A stretch of 64,000 bases of DNA from Vicinamibacterales bacterium (GTDB lineage Bacteria; Acidobacteriota; Vicinamibacteria; Vicinamibacterales; JAMQPK01), in contig CAWGDN010000007.1 in the NCBI GenBank assembly GCA_963821375.1, positions 47,306-111,305 on the forward strand, given 5' to 3'. The translations under genes were made by a program, and so were the position numbers. Shown piece by piece: positions 38,701 through 48,397 of the stretch. The notes beneath the pieces are model-generated. The model searched no databases. It worked only from the letters and a program-made list of their open reading frames with translations, and was not told the origin of the DNA. Each line of letters begins with the position of its first letter. The stretch's first letter is position 1.

Positions 38701-41700
38701 TCACGCTGCCGCCGTTGCCCAGCACCAACATGCCGTTGCTGACTGTCGTGCTCCCCGTGTAGCTGTTCACCCCCGTCAATGTCGTCGTCCCACTCCCCAC
38801 CTGCGACACGCCACCGGTTCCGCTGATGTCGTTTGCGATGGTCACCGAGTCGCTGCGATTGAAGCTCAGCAACCCATTGTTGACGACGTTGCCCGACCCC
38901 AACGTCCCGCTCGTCCCGCCGTTGCCGAGCTGAAGCGTCCCCGCATTGATGGTCGTCGTACCGGTGTAGCTGTTGTTCCCTGTAAAGGTCGCTGTCCCGG
39001 CTCCCGACTTCACGACCGATCCTGTTCCCCCTATCGCCGCCGCGACGGTCACATCGTTGGAGCGATTGAAGATCAGCGTGCCGGAATTCTGGACGCCACC
39101 CGTACCCAGTGTGCCAGTGGTACCCCCGTTCCCGATCTGCAGGGTGCCGGCCGCGATGGTCGTCGTTCCGGTGTAGCCGTTGTTGCCAGTGAGCGTCAAC
39201 GTGGCGGCGCCCTGCTTAGTGAGAGACCCGCTGCCGGAAATGTCATTCGCCACCGAGAGCGAGTTGCTTCGGTTGAAGACCACTTCGCCGTTGTTGATCA
39301 CCGCACCCGTTCCAAGCCGACCGGCCGTGCCGCCGTTGCCGATCTGCAGAGTGCCGGATGACACGGTGGTGGTTCCCGAATACAAATTCGACCCGGTCAG
39401 GGTTGTCGTCCCGGCTCCGAGTCTGGACGACCGCGCCGGTCCCGCTGATGGCATTCGCCACGGTGAGCGCGTTACTGCGGTTGAACAGCAGCGTCGCGTT
39501 GTTCGTCACGGCACCAGTACCAAGGGAGCCGGTCGATCCGCCGTCGCCGACCTGCAGCGTCCCGGCGTTGATCGTGGTCGTGCCCGTATAGCTGTTGGCG
39601 CCGGTCAAGGTGAGCACGCCGGCGCCCGCCTGCACGAGCCGGCCAGCACCAGTCATGGTATTCGCCAGGGTCACCGCGTCGCTGCGGTCGACCGCCAGCG
39701 TCCCGGCGTTCGCAATCGCCCCAGACCCGAGCGAGCCGTCCGTCCCCCCGTTGCCCAGCTGCAAGGTGCCCGTGCTGATCGTCGTCGTGCCCGAATAGGT
39801 GTGTGCACCGGTCAGTGTCAGCGTACCGGCGCCCATCTTTCTCACCGTGCCGGTGCCGGTGATCGCGTTCGCGACGAGAAAGGAGTCGCTCCGGTTGAAG
39901 ATCAGGGCGCCGTCATTCGCGACAGCCCCGCTGCCCAACGTCCCGGTCGTGCCGCCACTCCCAACCTGCAGGGTGCCGGCCAGAATCGTCGTCGCACCCG
40001 TGTACGCGTTCGCTCCGGTCAAGGTGGTCGTGCCGGCCCCAGTCTTGACGAGCGTGCCGGTGCCACTGATGGCGTTCGCCACGGTGTGGGCGTTGCTCCG
40101 GTTGAACATCAGCGTCGCGTTGTTCGTCACGGCGCCGGTGCCCAACTGACCAGAGGTGCCACCACTACCGACCTGCAGGGTGCCGGCGGAGACGGTCGTC
40201 GTCCCCGAATACGAATTGGCGCCGGTCAGGGTCGTCGTCCCCGCTCCGGTCTGGACGACGCGCGCCGGTCCCGCTGATGGCATTCGCCACGGTGAGCGCG
40301 TTACTGCGGTTGAACAGCAGCGTCGCGTTGTTCGTCACGGCACCCGTACCAAGGGAGCCGGTCGAGCCGCCGTCGCCGATCTGCAGCGTCCCGGCGTTGA
40401 TCGTGGTCGTGCCCGTATAGCTGTTGGCGCCGGTCAAGGTGAGCACGCCGGCGCCCGCCTGCACAAGCCGGCCAGCACCAGTCATGGTATTCGCCAGGGT
40501 CACCGCGTCGCTGCGGTCGACCGCCAGCGTCCCGGCGTTCGCGATGGCCCCAGACCCGAGCGAGCCGTCCGTCCCCCCGTTGCCCAGCTGCAAGGTGCCC
40601 GTGCTGATCGTCGTCGTGCCCGAATAGGTGTGTGCACCGGTCAGTGTCAGCGTACCGGCGCCCATCTTTCTCACCGTGCCGGTGCCGGTGATCGCGTTCG
40701 CGACGAGAAACGAGTCGCTCCGGTTGAAGATCAGGGCGCCGTCATTCGCGACAGCCCCGCTGCCCAACGTCCCGGTCGTGCCGCCACTCCCAACCTGCAG
40801 GGTGCCGGCCAGAATCGTCGTCGCGCCCGTGTACGCGTTCGCTCCGGTCAAGGTGGTCGTGCCGGCCCCAGTCTTGACGAGCGTGCCGGTGCCACTGATG
40901 GCGTTCGCCACGGTGTGGGCGTTGCTCCGGTTGAACATCAGCGTCGCGTTGTTCGTCACGGCGCCGGTGCCCAACTGACCAGAGGTGCCACCACTACCGA
41001 CCTGCAGGGTGCCGGCGGAGACGGTCGTCGTCCCCGAATACGAATTGGCGCCGGTCAGGGTCGTCGTCCCCGCTCCGGTCTGGACGACCGCGCCGGTCCC
41101 GCTGATGGCATTCGCCACGGTGAGCGCGTTACTGCGGTTGAACAGCAGCGTCGCGTTGTTCGTCACGGCACCAGTACCAAGGGAGCCGGTCGATCCGCCG
41201 TCGCCGACCTGCAGCGTCCCGGCGTTGATCGTGGTCGTGCCCGTATAGCTGTTGGCGCCGGTCAACGTCAGCACGCCGGCGCCCGCCTGCACGAGCCGGC
41301 CAGCACCAGTCATGGTGTTCGCCAGGGTCACCGCGTCGCTGCGGTCGACCGCCAGCGTCCCGGCGTTCGCGATCGCCCCAGACCCGAGCGAGCCGTCCGT
41401 CCCCCCGTTGCCCAGCTGCAAGGTGCCCGTGCTGATCGTCGTCGTGCCCGAATAGGTGTGTGCACCGGTCAGTGTCAGCGTCCCGGCGCCCATCTTTCTC
41501 ACCGTGCCGGTGCCGGTGATCGCGTTCGCGACGAGAAACGAGTCGCTCCGGTTGAAGATCAGGGCGCCGTCATTCGCGACAGCCCCGCTGCCCAACGTCC
41601 CGGTCGTGCCGCCACTCCCAACCTGCAGGGTGCCGGCCAGAATCGTCGTCGCGCCCGTGTACGCGTTCGCTCCGGTCAAGGTGGTCGTGCCGGCACCGAC

Positions 41701-42342
41701 GGTCGACACTGACCCGCTTCCGGTGATCACATTGGCAACCGTGATCGCATTGCTGCGGTTGAAGACAAGCGCGCCGTCATTCGAGACGGCACCGGTCCCG
41801 AGTTGCCCAGTGGTACCGCCACTACCGATTTGCAATGTCCCCGCGGAGATCGAAGTGCCACCTGAGTAGGAGTTGGCGCCGGTGGCGATCAGTGTGCCGG
41901 CGCCGGCCTTCAGCAACCCTGCAGACCCCGCAAGGACTGAAGCAATCGTGCTCGTCGTGCCTGCTGCCGAGGAGACACCAGGCGACGTGCCGCTCAACGT
42001 AATGGTATTGCCGGTGATTACGTAGCCGCTGCTGTTGAACGTGATGGCGTGCGCCGTAATGCCGCTGCCCAGGGTGACGGTGCCGATGGTCCCTTCGAAG
42101 ATCGCATCATCGGCCGGAAACGCGACATTGCTCCAAACAGAGCAGCATGCGCCCGCATTGACCCAGACAGCTCCAGCGGTATTCCACGTGCCGTTGCCAC
42201 CAGGCGTGACGCCGTTCGGCGTCCATGTGAGTGACTGCTGGGCGAAACCAGGTGCGGCAGTGAGAAGGAGTGTGAAGATGGCACCGGCGGCAATGTGCCG
42301 AAGCGAGCGTACGAAGACCATGACCGGCTGCAGTCCAAGCAA
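35730..42342 (-). CDS. Giant autotransporter: signal peptide, PATR-repeat passenger, C-terminal beta-barrel (needs 3 frame changes)
   Basis: ORFs 40165-42342, 39243-40283, 36920-39454 and 35730-36923 join colinearly. The passenger consists of dozens of G.GTLTLTG.N.YTG.TTI.AGTLQ.G units (autotransporter-associated beta-strand repeat). The C-terminal roughly 390 aa is barrel-like and ends in ...VRFGVSF. Confidence 0.8.
39421..41694. repeat. Tandem repeat inside the autotransporter: 828 bp (39421-40248), 829 bp (40249-41077) and a partial 617-bp copy (41078-41694), about 99% identical by eye
   Basis: I aligned the copies by eye and saw fewer than about 10 substitutions per copy pair. Copy B carries one extra G near 40260 (gacgacgcgcgcc versus gacgaccgcgcc). 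Small plus-strand shadow ORFs recur at 829- and 828-nt offsets (39595, 40424, 41252). Confidence 0.9.
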
Positions 42343-42476
42343 GCAAGAGGCCTCTCACCGCTGTAGGAGAAAGCCTTACCAGCGAACCTCTTACGACTGC
42401 TGCCAAAATAGTCCGCCGCAAATGTGTCCCACTTTGGCTCACGGAAGTTCGTTTTGGAAAACTGAAACACGCCCGT

Positions 42477-42875
42477 CTATTCGTGGGGTTTGAAATTCAG
42501 CGCGACGCCGTTGATGCAGTAGCGCAGGCCAGTGGGCGGCGGCCCATCAGGAAACACGTGCCCGAGATGGCCTCCGCATTGTGAGCAGTGCACCTCTGTG
42601 CGCGTCATCCCGTACTTGGTATCGACGGTCGTGCCAATGGCTCCAGGATCAGGCGCGTGAAAGCTGGGCCACCCGGTGCCAGACTCGAACTTGGTAACGC
42701 TGGTGAACAGATTCTGCCCGCAACCCGCGCACGAGAAGGTGCCTGCGCGCTTCTCCGCCAGGAGCGCGCAGCTGCCCGGCCGCTCGGTCGCGTGATGGCG
42801 AAGAACCTGATACTGTTCCGGCGTGAGTATCCGCCGCCACTCCTCGTCCGTCTTGTGTATGGGAAAGTCTGTCAT
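42477..42875 (-). CDS. msrB: Peptide-methionine (R)-S-oxide reductase
   Basis: 132 aa with CxxC...CxxC zinc site, GTGWPSF and the catalytic RYCINGVAL motif. Confidence 0.9.
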   Translation of the reverse strand: MTDFPIHKTDEEWRRILTPEQYQVLRHHATERPGSCALLAEKRAGTFSCAGCGQNLFTSVTKFESGTGWPSFHAPDPGAIGTTVDTKYGMTRTEVHCSQCGGHLGHVFPDGPPPTGLRYCINGVALNFKPHE

Positions 42876-42914
42876 TGACTCAGCCTATCAGACGTCAGCG
42901 ATGGGCGGAACGCG

Positions 42915-44117
42915 TCAGATGATTCTACGCGTCCGGAAAGTGATGGTCCTCGTCTCCCCGTCACGCGCGAGCGTCATCGTGTAAGTGACATCGGCAATGC
43001 GCAGCATCTGGCGCAGTTCCGAGAGCGGCACGTCGGTCGTCGATCGCCCGTCGATCGCGGTCATCACGTCTCCAATCATGACACCAGCGCTGGCCGCCGG
43101 CGATCCGGGAAGGACCGAGCGCACTCGATACGATGTCATGTCGTCTCCGAACGCCGAAAACGAGATGCCACTCATGTCGAACTCCAGCGGCAGTTCTAAG
43201 TCTCGGTTGCGCCGCAGAAGCACACGGGATCGCGAGTAGTCGACGAACACATCGAACCGGCGCAGCACTTCGCCACCAAGCAAGCCGACCGTTTCGCCGT
43301 CGACACCTGCCACCTCAGCGGCGGCGATGGTCGCGACCGGCCTTCCGAGTTGCACGCCGCCTATCGCAATCGCGTCAAGCCGTGTCACATACGCCGGCAC
43401 GCGGCCGGCGAGGATCGCTCCCGCGGTGATCGCCTGCTTGGGGTGCTTGGCGGCGATGAGTCGCTCTCGCTCGACGTACTCCTGCGTCAAGGTCAACGCA
43501 CCCGTCTGACCCGTGTCGAGCTCGAGACGCGCAGTCCGTTCACCTGCGCCCGAGCCACGCAGTCGCACGTCGATCAGCGGAATCTGCTCCACCAAACGCA
43601 GCGGCACCTCGTCGACGTCGCTCGGCCGAGTCCAAGCCTCCGCCGGGTGAAAGCGAACGGCGTGCGCCCGATAGTCGATTTCGACCACGTGGCGGGCGAA
43701 GACGTCGTAGCCGAGGATGCCGTCAATTGGATGGCCGAGGCCGGCGCGGAGCCCCGACAGGTCGATGGCGACGAGCGGAAGCGGATTCCAGACAAGCGGT
43801 CCTATCGACAGCCGTGCGCCGGCGATCTCGGCTGCCTCCACTGCCCCACCCCCGGTAGTCGCCTGGCCCGCCGCCCCAGTCTTCAGGCCGGCGCGCGCCG
43901 CAGCGGCTGTATCGACGACCGATGTCGACGCGCCAGTGTCGAGAATGAACGACACAGGCTGGCCGTCGTTCACGCGCACCTCGAGAACGACGAGGTTGTT
44001 GACGACGGTCGCCGGCCTCTCGACGACGCGATCGGCAGGGCCGCATGCCGATGCCAGCACCATCGCAACGGCGAGGAACAGGTGGCGGTTGGACCGCGGC
44101 GAAGCGTCGACGACCAT
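42915..44117 (-). CDS. Lipoprotein with two retropepsin-like aspartyl protease domains and a C-terminal PDZ domain
   Basis: Has a lipobox (VLASAC), FILDTGAS and LELDTGQTGA (D-T-G motifs), and a PDZ-like C-terminus (GSPAASAGVMIGDVMTAIDG). Confidence 0.7.
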   Translation of the reverse strand: MVVDASPRSNRHLFLAVAMVLASACGPADRVVERPATVVNNLVVLEVRVNDGQPVSFILDTGASTSVVDTAAAARAGLKTGAAGQATTGGGAVEAAEIAGARLSIGPLVWNPLPLVAIDLSGLRAGLGHPIDGILGYDVFARHVVEIDYRAHAVRFHPAEAWTRPSDVDEVPLRLVEQIPLIDVRLRGSGAGERTARLELDTGQTGALTLTQEYVERERLIAAKHPKQAITAGAILAGRVPAYVTRLDAIAIGGVQLGRPVATIAAAEVAGVDGETVGLLGGEVLRRFDVFVDYSRSRVLLRRNRDLELPLEFDMSGISFSAFGDDMTSYRVRSVLPGSPAASAGVMIGDVMTAIDGRSTTDVPLSELRQMLRIADVTYTMTLARDGETRTITFRTRRII

Positions 44118-44196
44118 GCTCGTTCAAGCCTAGCCGATCGAGCGGGGTGGCTTCGAGGCCGTCCTCTTTTGGAAGGTGGTGTAGTGTAACGACAGT

Positions 44197-44997
44197 ATGA
44201 CGGCCGTCGTAAAGACTCTAGCTACAGATCTTACCCGCATGCAAAGCTTCGATATCGCGTCGTCCTCCCTTACCGAGTCGCGCACGCTTGAGGAGCGTGT
44301 GGTTCGGAAGTACCTGCTACCGACTGGGCGTCTGGACCTGCTTCTTCGTCTTTTGCATCCCGAGCACCTGCTTCTCCCGGCGGGGGATGCGGCGTGGGCC
44401 CGTTATGAGAATGTGTACTTCGACTCGGCCGCCCGCGACCTGTATCACGCACATCGGCGTAGCCTGAGACCCCGGCACAAGGTACGCATCCGTCACTACC
44501 TCGACCGCCGCGTCACGTTTCTCGAAGTCAAGCGCAAGGAACGCTCCGGCCGCACGGTCAAGTTTCGCCAGACACTACCTTTCGGCCAGGGCGACCTGGG
44601 CAGCAACGAACACCGATTCATCGAGGCGCACGCGTCCCTGGACTCGAGATCGCTTGTTGCCTCGGTGACCATCTCATTCCAGAGACTCACGCTCCTGGGA
44701 CGTGCCGTCAATGAGCGTGTCACGATCGACCGGGATCTCATGGTCGTCGCCGGAGGGCAAGCGGCACCGGTGCCACCGGTCATCATCGCTGAGGTGAAGC
44801 AGCTGCGGTTTTCAAATCACGAGGGAGCCGTTCCCATTCTGCGGGGCATACAGGGGCGGGAGGCGGCCCTGAGCGAGTACCTGCCTCGGCACACTTCTGT
44901 CGGCGCCGGTCAAGGGGAACGTCTTCCAGCCGGTACTGCGCACGCTCGAGCGGATTTCTGCATGCACACCCGAACTCCTGTAGCGTTCCCCCTATGA
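44197..44997 (+). CDS. VTC-domain (polyphosphate-polymerase-like, CYTH superfamily) protein
   Basis: Has RKYLLP, YENVYFDS...LY, KVRIRHY and FLEVKRKE blocks typical of bacterial VTC-domain proteins. The stop makes an ATGA overlap with the next gene. ATG 44239 is an alternative start. Confidence 0.65.
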   Translation: MTAVVKTLATDLTRMQSFDIASSSLTESRTLEERVVRKYLLPTGRLDLLLRLLHPEHLLLPAGDAAWARYENVYFDSAARDLYHAHRRSLRPRHKVRIRHYLDRRVTFLEVKRKERSGRTVKFRQTLPFGQGDLGSNEHRFIEAHASLDSRSLVASVTISFQRLTLLGRAVNERVTIDRDLMVVAGGQAAPVPPVIIAEVKQLRFSNHEGAVPILRGIQGREAALSEYLPRHTSVGAGQGERLPAGTAHARADFCMHTRTPVAFPL

Positions 44998-45566
44998 CAG
45001 GTGGATCTGCGATGTTGCTGGCGCGCCTCGGGCTCGACATCCTCTTCACGACGGTCGTCGTCAGGCTGGTCTACTACCGGCTTTATAAGAGTCGTGACTA
45101 TGTATTTACCTACTTCCTGATCAACCTCGTCACGTTCACGCTCGCCCATCTCCTGAGCAACGTTCCCATCGAGTTGGGCTTTGCTCTCGGGCTGTTTGCG
45201 GTGTTCGGCATTCTCCGGTATCGCACCGAAGCCATCAAGGTTCGCGACCTGACGTATCTCTTCGTGGTGATCGGGATCGCGCTGCTGCACGCCTTGGCAG
45301 ACGAGGGCATCTCGTTGGCCGAGCTCCTGATTGCGAATGCCGCCATTGTTGGTATGGTGGGACTGCTGGAGGCCGCGCCCTTTTCCGGACGCGAGGAGTC
45401 CAGAGTCGTCACCTACGACCGGCTGGATCTCTTGAGTCCAGGGTCAACAGCAGCGTTGTTGGAGGACCTCCGCACGCGTACGCATCTACCCGTCGAGCGG
45501 TGCGAGATCGGCAATGTCGATCTGCTGAGGGATTCTGCCGAGATCACGATCCACTATCGCCCGTAG
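44994..45566 (+). CDS. DUF4956-family membrane protein
   Basis: 190 aa with 4 TM helices. The pattern VRLVYYRLYKSRDYVFTYFLINL...GLFAVFGILRYRT resembles DUF4956. Confidence 0.65.
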   Translation: MTGGSAMLLARLGLDILFTTVVVRLVYYRLYKSRDYVFTYFLINLVTFTLAHLLSNVPIELGFALGLFAVFGILRYRTEAIKVRDLTYLFVVIGIALLHALADEGISLAELLIANAAIVGMVGLLEAAPFSGREESRVVTYDRLDLLSPGSTAALLEDLRTRTHLPVERCEIGNVDLLRDSAEITIHYRP

Positions 45567-45594
45567 ACCGCGTTGACCACGCAGTGAGGCTTTT

Positions 45595-47061
45595 ATGAAC
45601 GTTCAGCGTGTTCTTCTATTGTCCGCGACGGCAGTGCTCGCGGCAACGACCGGCTCGAGCGTTGACATCGCACGCGCCCAGGGCGGGTTCGGCTTCGGCC
45701 CGCCTGGCGAAGAGATCCCGGTGGTCAGACAGTTCGATGCTGACCGCAACGGACGGCTGAGCGACGAGGAACGCGCCAAGGCGCGCGCATGGCTCGCGGC
45801 GAACCCGCGCCCCGGCGGCTTTGGCCGCCAGCGCTACGGCTCGAATGCGACGCCCGGGGCTCGTGTCTCTCCCAAAGACGTGCCCTCGGCTGGCGCGGCA
45901 CCGCTCTACGACGCCGATACGGTGCGCACCATCTTCATCGACTTTCCCGGGGCGGACTGGGAACGCGAGCTGGCCGACTTCTACAACACAGACGTCGAGG
46001 TCCCGGCGACGGTGACGGTCGACGGCCGGCGCTATCCCGAGGTGGGGATCCATTTCCGCGGAATGTCGTCGTTCAGGATGGTGCCGGCGGGATCGAAGCG
46101 CTCACTGAACTTGGCGTTCGACTTCGCCAACTCCGAGCAGCGCCTGCAGGGTTACCGGACGCTCAACCTGCTCAATGCGAATGGGGACCCGAGTTTTCTC
46201 CGGTCCGTGCTGTACGCCGAGATCGCCCGCCGCTATATCCCCTTCCCACGCACCAACTACGTTCGCGTGGTCATCAATGGGGAGTTGTGGGGCGTCTACG
46301 TCAACGTTCAGCAATTCAACAGCGACTTCACACGCGACTTCTTCTCGAGTACGAGAGGGGCGCGCTGGAAGGTTCCCGGCTCTCCGCGCGGCCGCGCCGG
46401 CCTCGAGTACCTCGGCGACAACGTCGAGGCTTACCGACGCATCTTCGACATCAGAAGCAGGGACAACGCGGAGTCGTGGCAGGCGTTAATTGCGCTGTGC
46501 CGCATCCTGAACACCACGCCAGCCGCGTCACTCGAGGCGGCGCTCGCGCCGATCCTCGACATCGACGGCACGCTGAAATTTCTGGCACTCGATGTGGCGC
46601 TGGTCAACAGCGACGGCTATTGGGCACGCGCAAGCGACTACAACCTGTATCGTGACGAGAGCGGACGCTTTCACGTGCTGCCGCACGACACCAACGAAGG
46701 GTTCTCCGACGGGCGTGGGCCAGGCCCCGGCTTCGGGGGCGGCGAAGGAGGGACGAGGCTCGATCCGCTGGTCGGCCTCGACGACACGGCGAAGCCTCTG
46801 CGGTCGAAGCTGCTCGCCGTGCCGGCGCTTCGCAAGAAGTATCTCGGCTATGTGCACGATATTGCGCAGCGCGAGCTCGACTGGCGGACTCTGGGGCCCC
46901 TAGCGACCAAGTATCGCACCCTCATCGCGCCGCACGTCCGTGCCGACACGAAGAAGCTCTACAGCACCGAGGCCTTCGAGGCGGCCAGCGGCGAGGGCAC
47001 GAGCAGCATCAAAGCCCTTATCGATCGTCGTCGCGCCTTCCTGCTCGGTCAGCAACAGTGA
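45595..47061 (+). CDS. Secreted CotH-family atypical kinase with N-terminal EF-hand loop
   Basis: Has a signal peptide, the canonical EF-hand loop DADRNGRLSDEE (nt 45736-45771) and a CotH-like core (GIHFRGMSS......KRSLNL.F.......G...LNL.N...DPSFLR..LY.....Y.P.PR.NYV.V.ING..WGVY.NV). Confidence 0.8.
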   Translation: MNVQRVLLLSATAVLAATTGSSVDIARAQGGFGFGPPGEEIPVVRQFDADRNGRLSDEERAKARAWLAANPRPGGFGRQRYGSNATPGARVSPKDVPSAGAAPLYDADTVRTIFIDFPGADWERELADFYNTDVEVPATVTVDGRRYPEVGIHFRGMSSFRMVPAGSKRSLNLAFDFANSEQRLQGYRTLNLLNANGDPSFLRSVLYAEIARRYIPFPRTNYVRVVINGELWGVYVNVQQFNSDFTRDFFSSTRGARWKVPGSPRGRAGLEYLGDNVEAYRRIFDIRSRDNAESWQALIALCRILNTTPAASLEAALAPILDIDGTLKFLALDVALVNSDGYWARASDYNLYRDESGRFHVLPHDTNEGFSDGRGPGPGFGGGEGGTRLDPLVGLDDTAKPLRSKLLAVPALRKKYLGYVHDIAQRELDWRTLGPLATKYRTLIAPHVRADTKKLYSTEAFEAASGEGTSSIKALIDRRRAFLLGQQQ

Positions 47062-47065
47062 CATC

Positions 47066-47098
47066 AGCGCCCTTGGGCATGGACCGCCCAAGGGCGCT
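47066..47098. terminator. Perfect 12-bp stem (AGCGCCCTTGGG / CCCAAGGGCGCT) with 9-nt loop between convergent genes
   Basis: Read directly. It lies 5 nt after the CotH stop and 9 nt before the hydrolase stop. No U-tract on either side. Confidence 0.6.
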
Positions 47099-47106
47099 AC
47101 GAGCCA

Positions 47107-47965
47107 TCAGGCTAGCGCCTTCCCGTACAGCGCCAGCAGACGGCTCCATGCTCTCTCTGCTGCCGGCTCGTTGTAGACCTTCGTATCGGGCGGGCACCAA
47201 CCGTGGGCTGCCGGATAGACCTCGATCTCCGCCATCAATTTGGCTTTGTCGAACGTCTCCCTCAACACGTCCTTGTCGGTCGGCCGGTTCTTGTCGTCGT
47301 TCTCAGCGATGGCAACAAGGAAGGATGCCTTCGTGGCGGCCGCCTGCAGATGGGGGCTGTGATCTCGCGGCGTCGACGTTGACGAGCCCGCCGCCATGGA
47401 ACGACGCCACCGCGCCCACCCGGCCGGGGACCGCGGCCGCCGTGCGGAACGCCATCGGACCGCCCATGCAGTAGCCCTGCGTGCCAATTCTGCGGTTCTT
47501 GTTCACCTGCGGCTGAGCGTCGAGCCAGCCGATAAACGCTCTCGCGTCGGTCATGTGCGTGGTTTCGCTCAACGCTTTCGCGTAGGGTTGCATCTGCGCG
47601 ATCGGAGAGCTCCCGTCGCCGAGGGGCGCCTTGGCCCCGCGATAGAACGGGTTGACCACCAGCACCGAATATCCCGACTGCGCAAGCCGCCGGCCCATGG
47701 TCCGCATCGCCGGCCGGAGGCCGAAGATGTCTGGCCAAATCAGCACGGCAGCCGCGGGCGCCCCTGGATAGACGAAATACGCGTCGCAGGTGCCGTCAGT
47801 CGTCTTGATCTCCACATCCCGTTCCGTGACCGCCTGGGCATTGGCGACTTCAGGCAACATCAGGGCGATGCCGGCCGCCACCAGCTTGCCGAACTGCCGG
47901 CGAGTTACCAGGCCCCTGGCCTCGTACTCCTTCACGCTCTCTGCAAAATGGTCGATGTCGCACAT
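47107..47965 (-). CDS. Dienelactone hydrolase family protein with Tat-like signal (1 frame change near 47350)
   Basis: ORF 47303-47965 has RRQFGKLVAAGIA and the nucleophile elbow GYCMGG. The C-terminal part is in ORF 47107-47487 (YPAAHGW). Confidence 0.75.
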
Positions 47966-48397
47966 GTTTCCTCCTTGCGTGAACTGCTCGTCCTATCGCT
48001 CGAAAACGGCCGGCAGTGTAGCATGGGCCGCCGTGCCGCTTGAAACCGAAGGTAGAACGCGAAGTCTCTCCCTAAAGTCGTCCGATGCGACGACTTTGGA
48101 AGTCACGTGGGGCAGTACAAGGGCTAACACTTGGGTACTGCGTTTGCACCGTCGCTCTTCGAACGAGACACGCGTGCCGCTCCTTTGCCATTGCGCACAG
48201 GCGCCAGCTCACGCGATAGGGTCGTGTTGCAAGCACGACCCCTCGTTCGCCATCTCAATACACCGAGAGTAGTCCTTCACTCACAACACACACAGCCGTG
48301 CGCGGCGCCTCTTGCTGGACGATGGGCACTGAACACGTTAGGATCAGCCCCCCGCGAGGGACGCGTTCCTGGATTCGGTGCCGATGAGGAGGCTTTC

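Noticed and set aside
39421-41694. The tandem array, and the short heptamer blocks elsewhere, as possible CRISPR arrays
   Set aside because: The repeat unit is 828 bp of coding sequence with no spacers. The heptamer blocks have 7-nt units with no unique spacers. No cas genes are present in the window.
39180-41712. Long plus-strand ORFs (365 aa at 39180-40277 and 518 aa at 40156-41712, plus many 67-137-aa ORFs recurring at about 829-nt offsets) rich in Arg, Ala, Gly and Pro
   Set aside because: They lie antisense to the autotransporter passenger, whose minus-strand translation shows the well-known PATR repeat. In high-GC DNA, stop-poor shadow frames are expected. Their periodic recurrence only reflects the 828-bp DNA repeat.
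48024-48052. A third copy of the tRNA-Cys 3' end marking the left edge of the low-GC block
   Set aside because: Only about 20 of 30 positions match by eye, and gaps are required. In GC-rich DNA I cannot distinguish this from chance without a proper alignment statistic. It is mentioned only as a possibility in the island finding.
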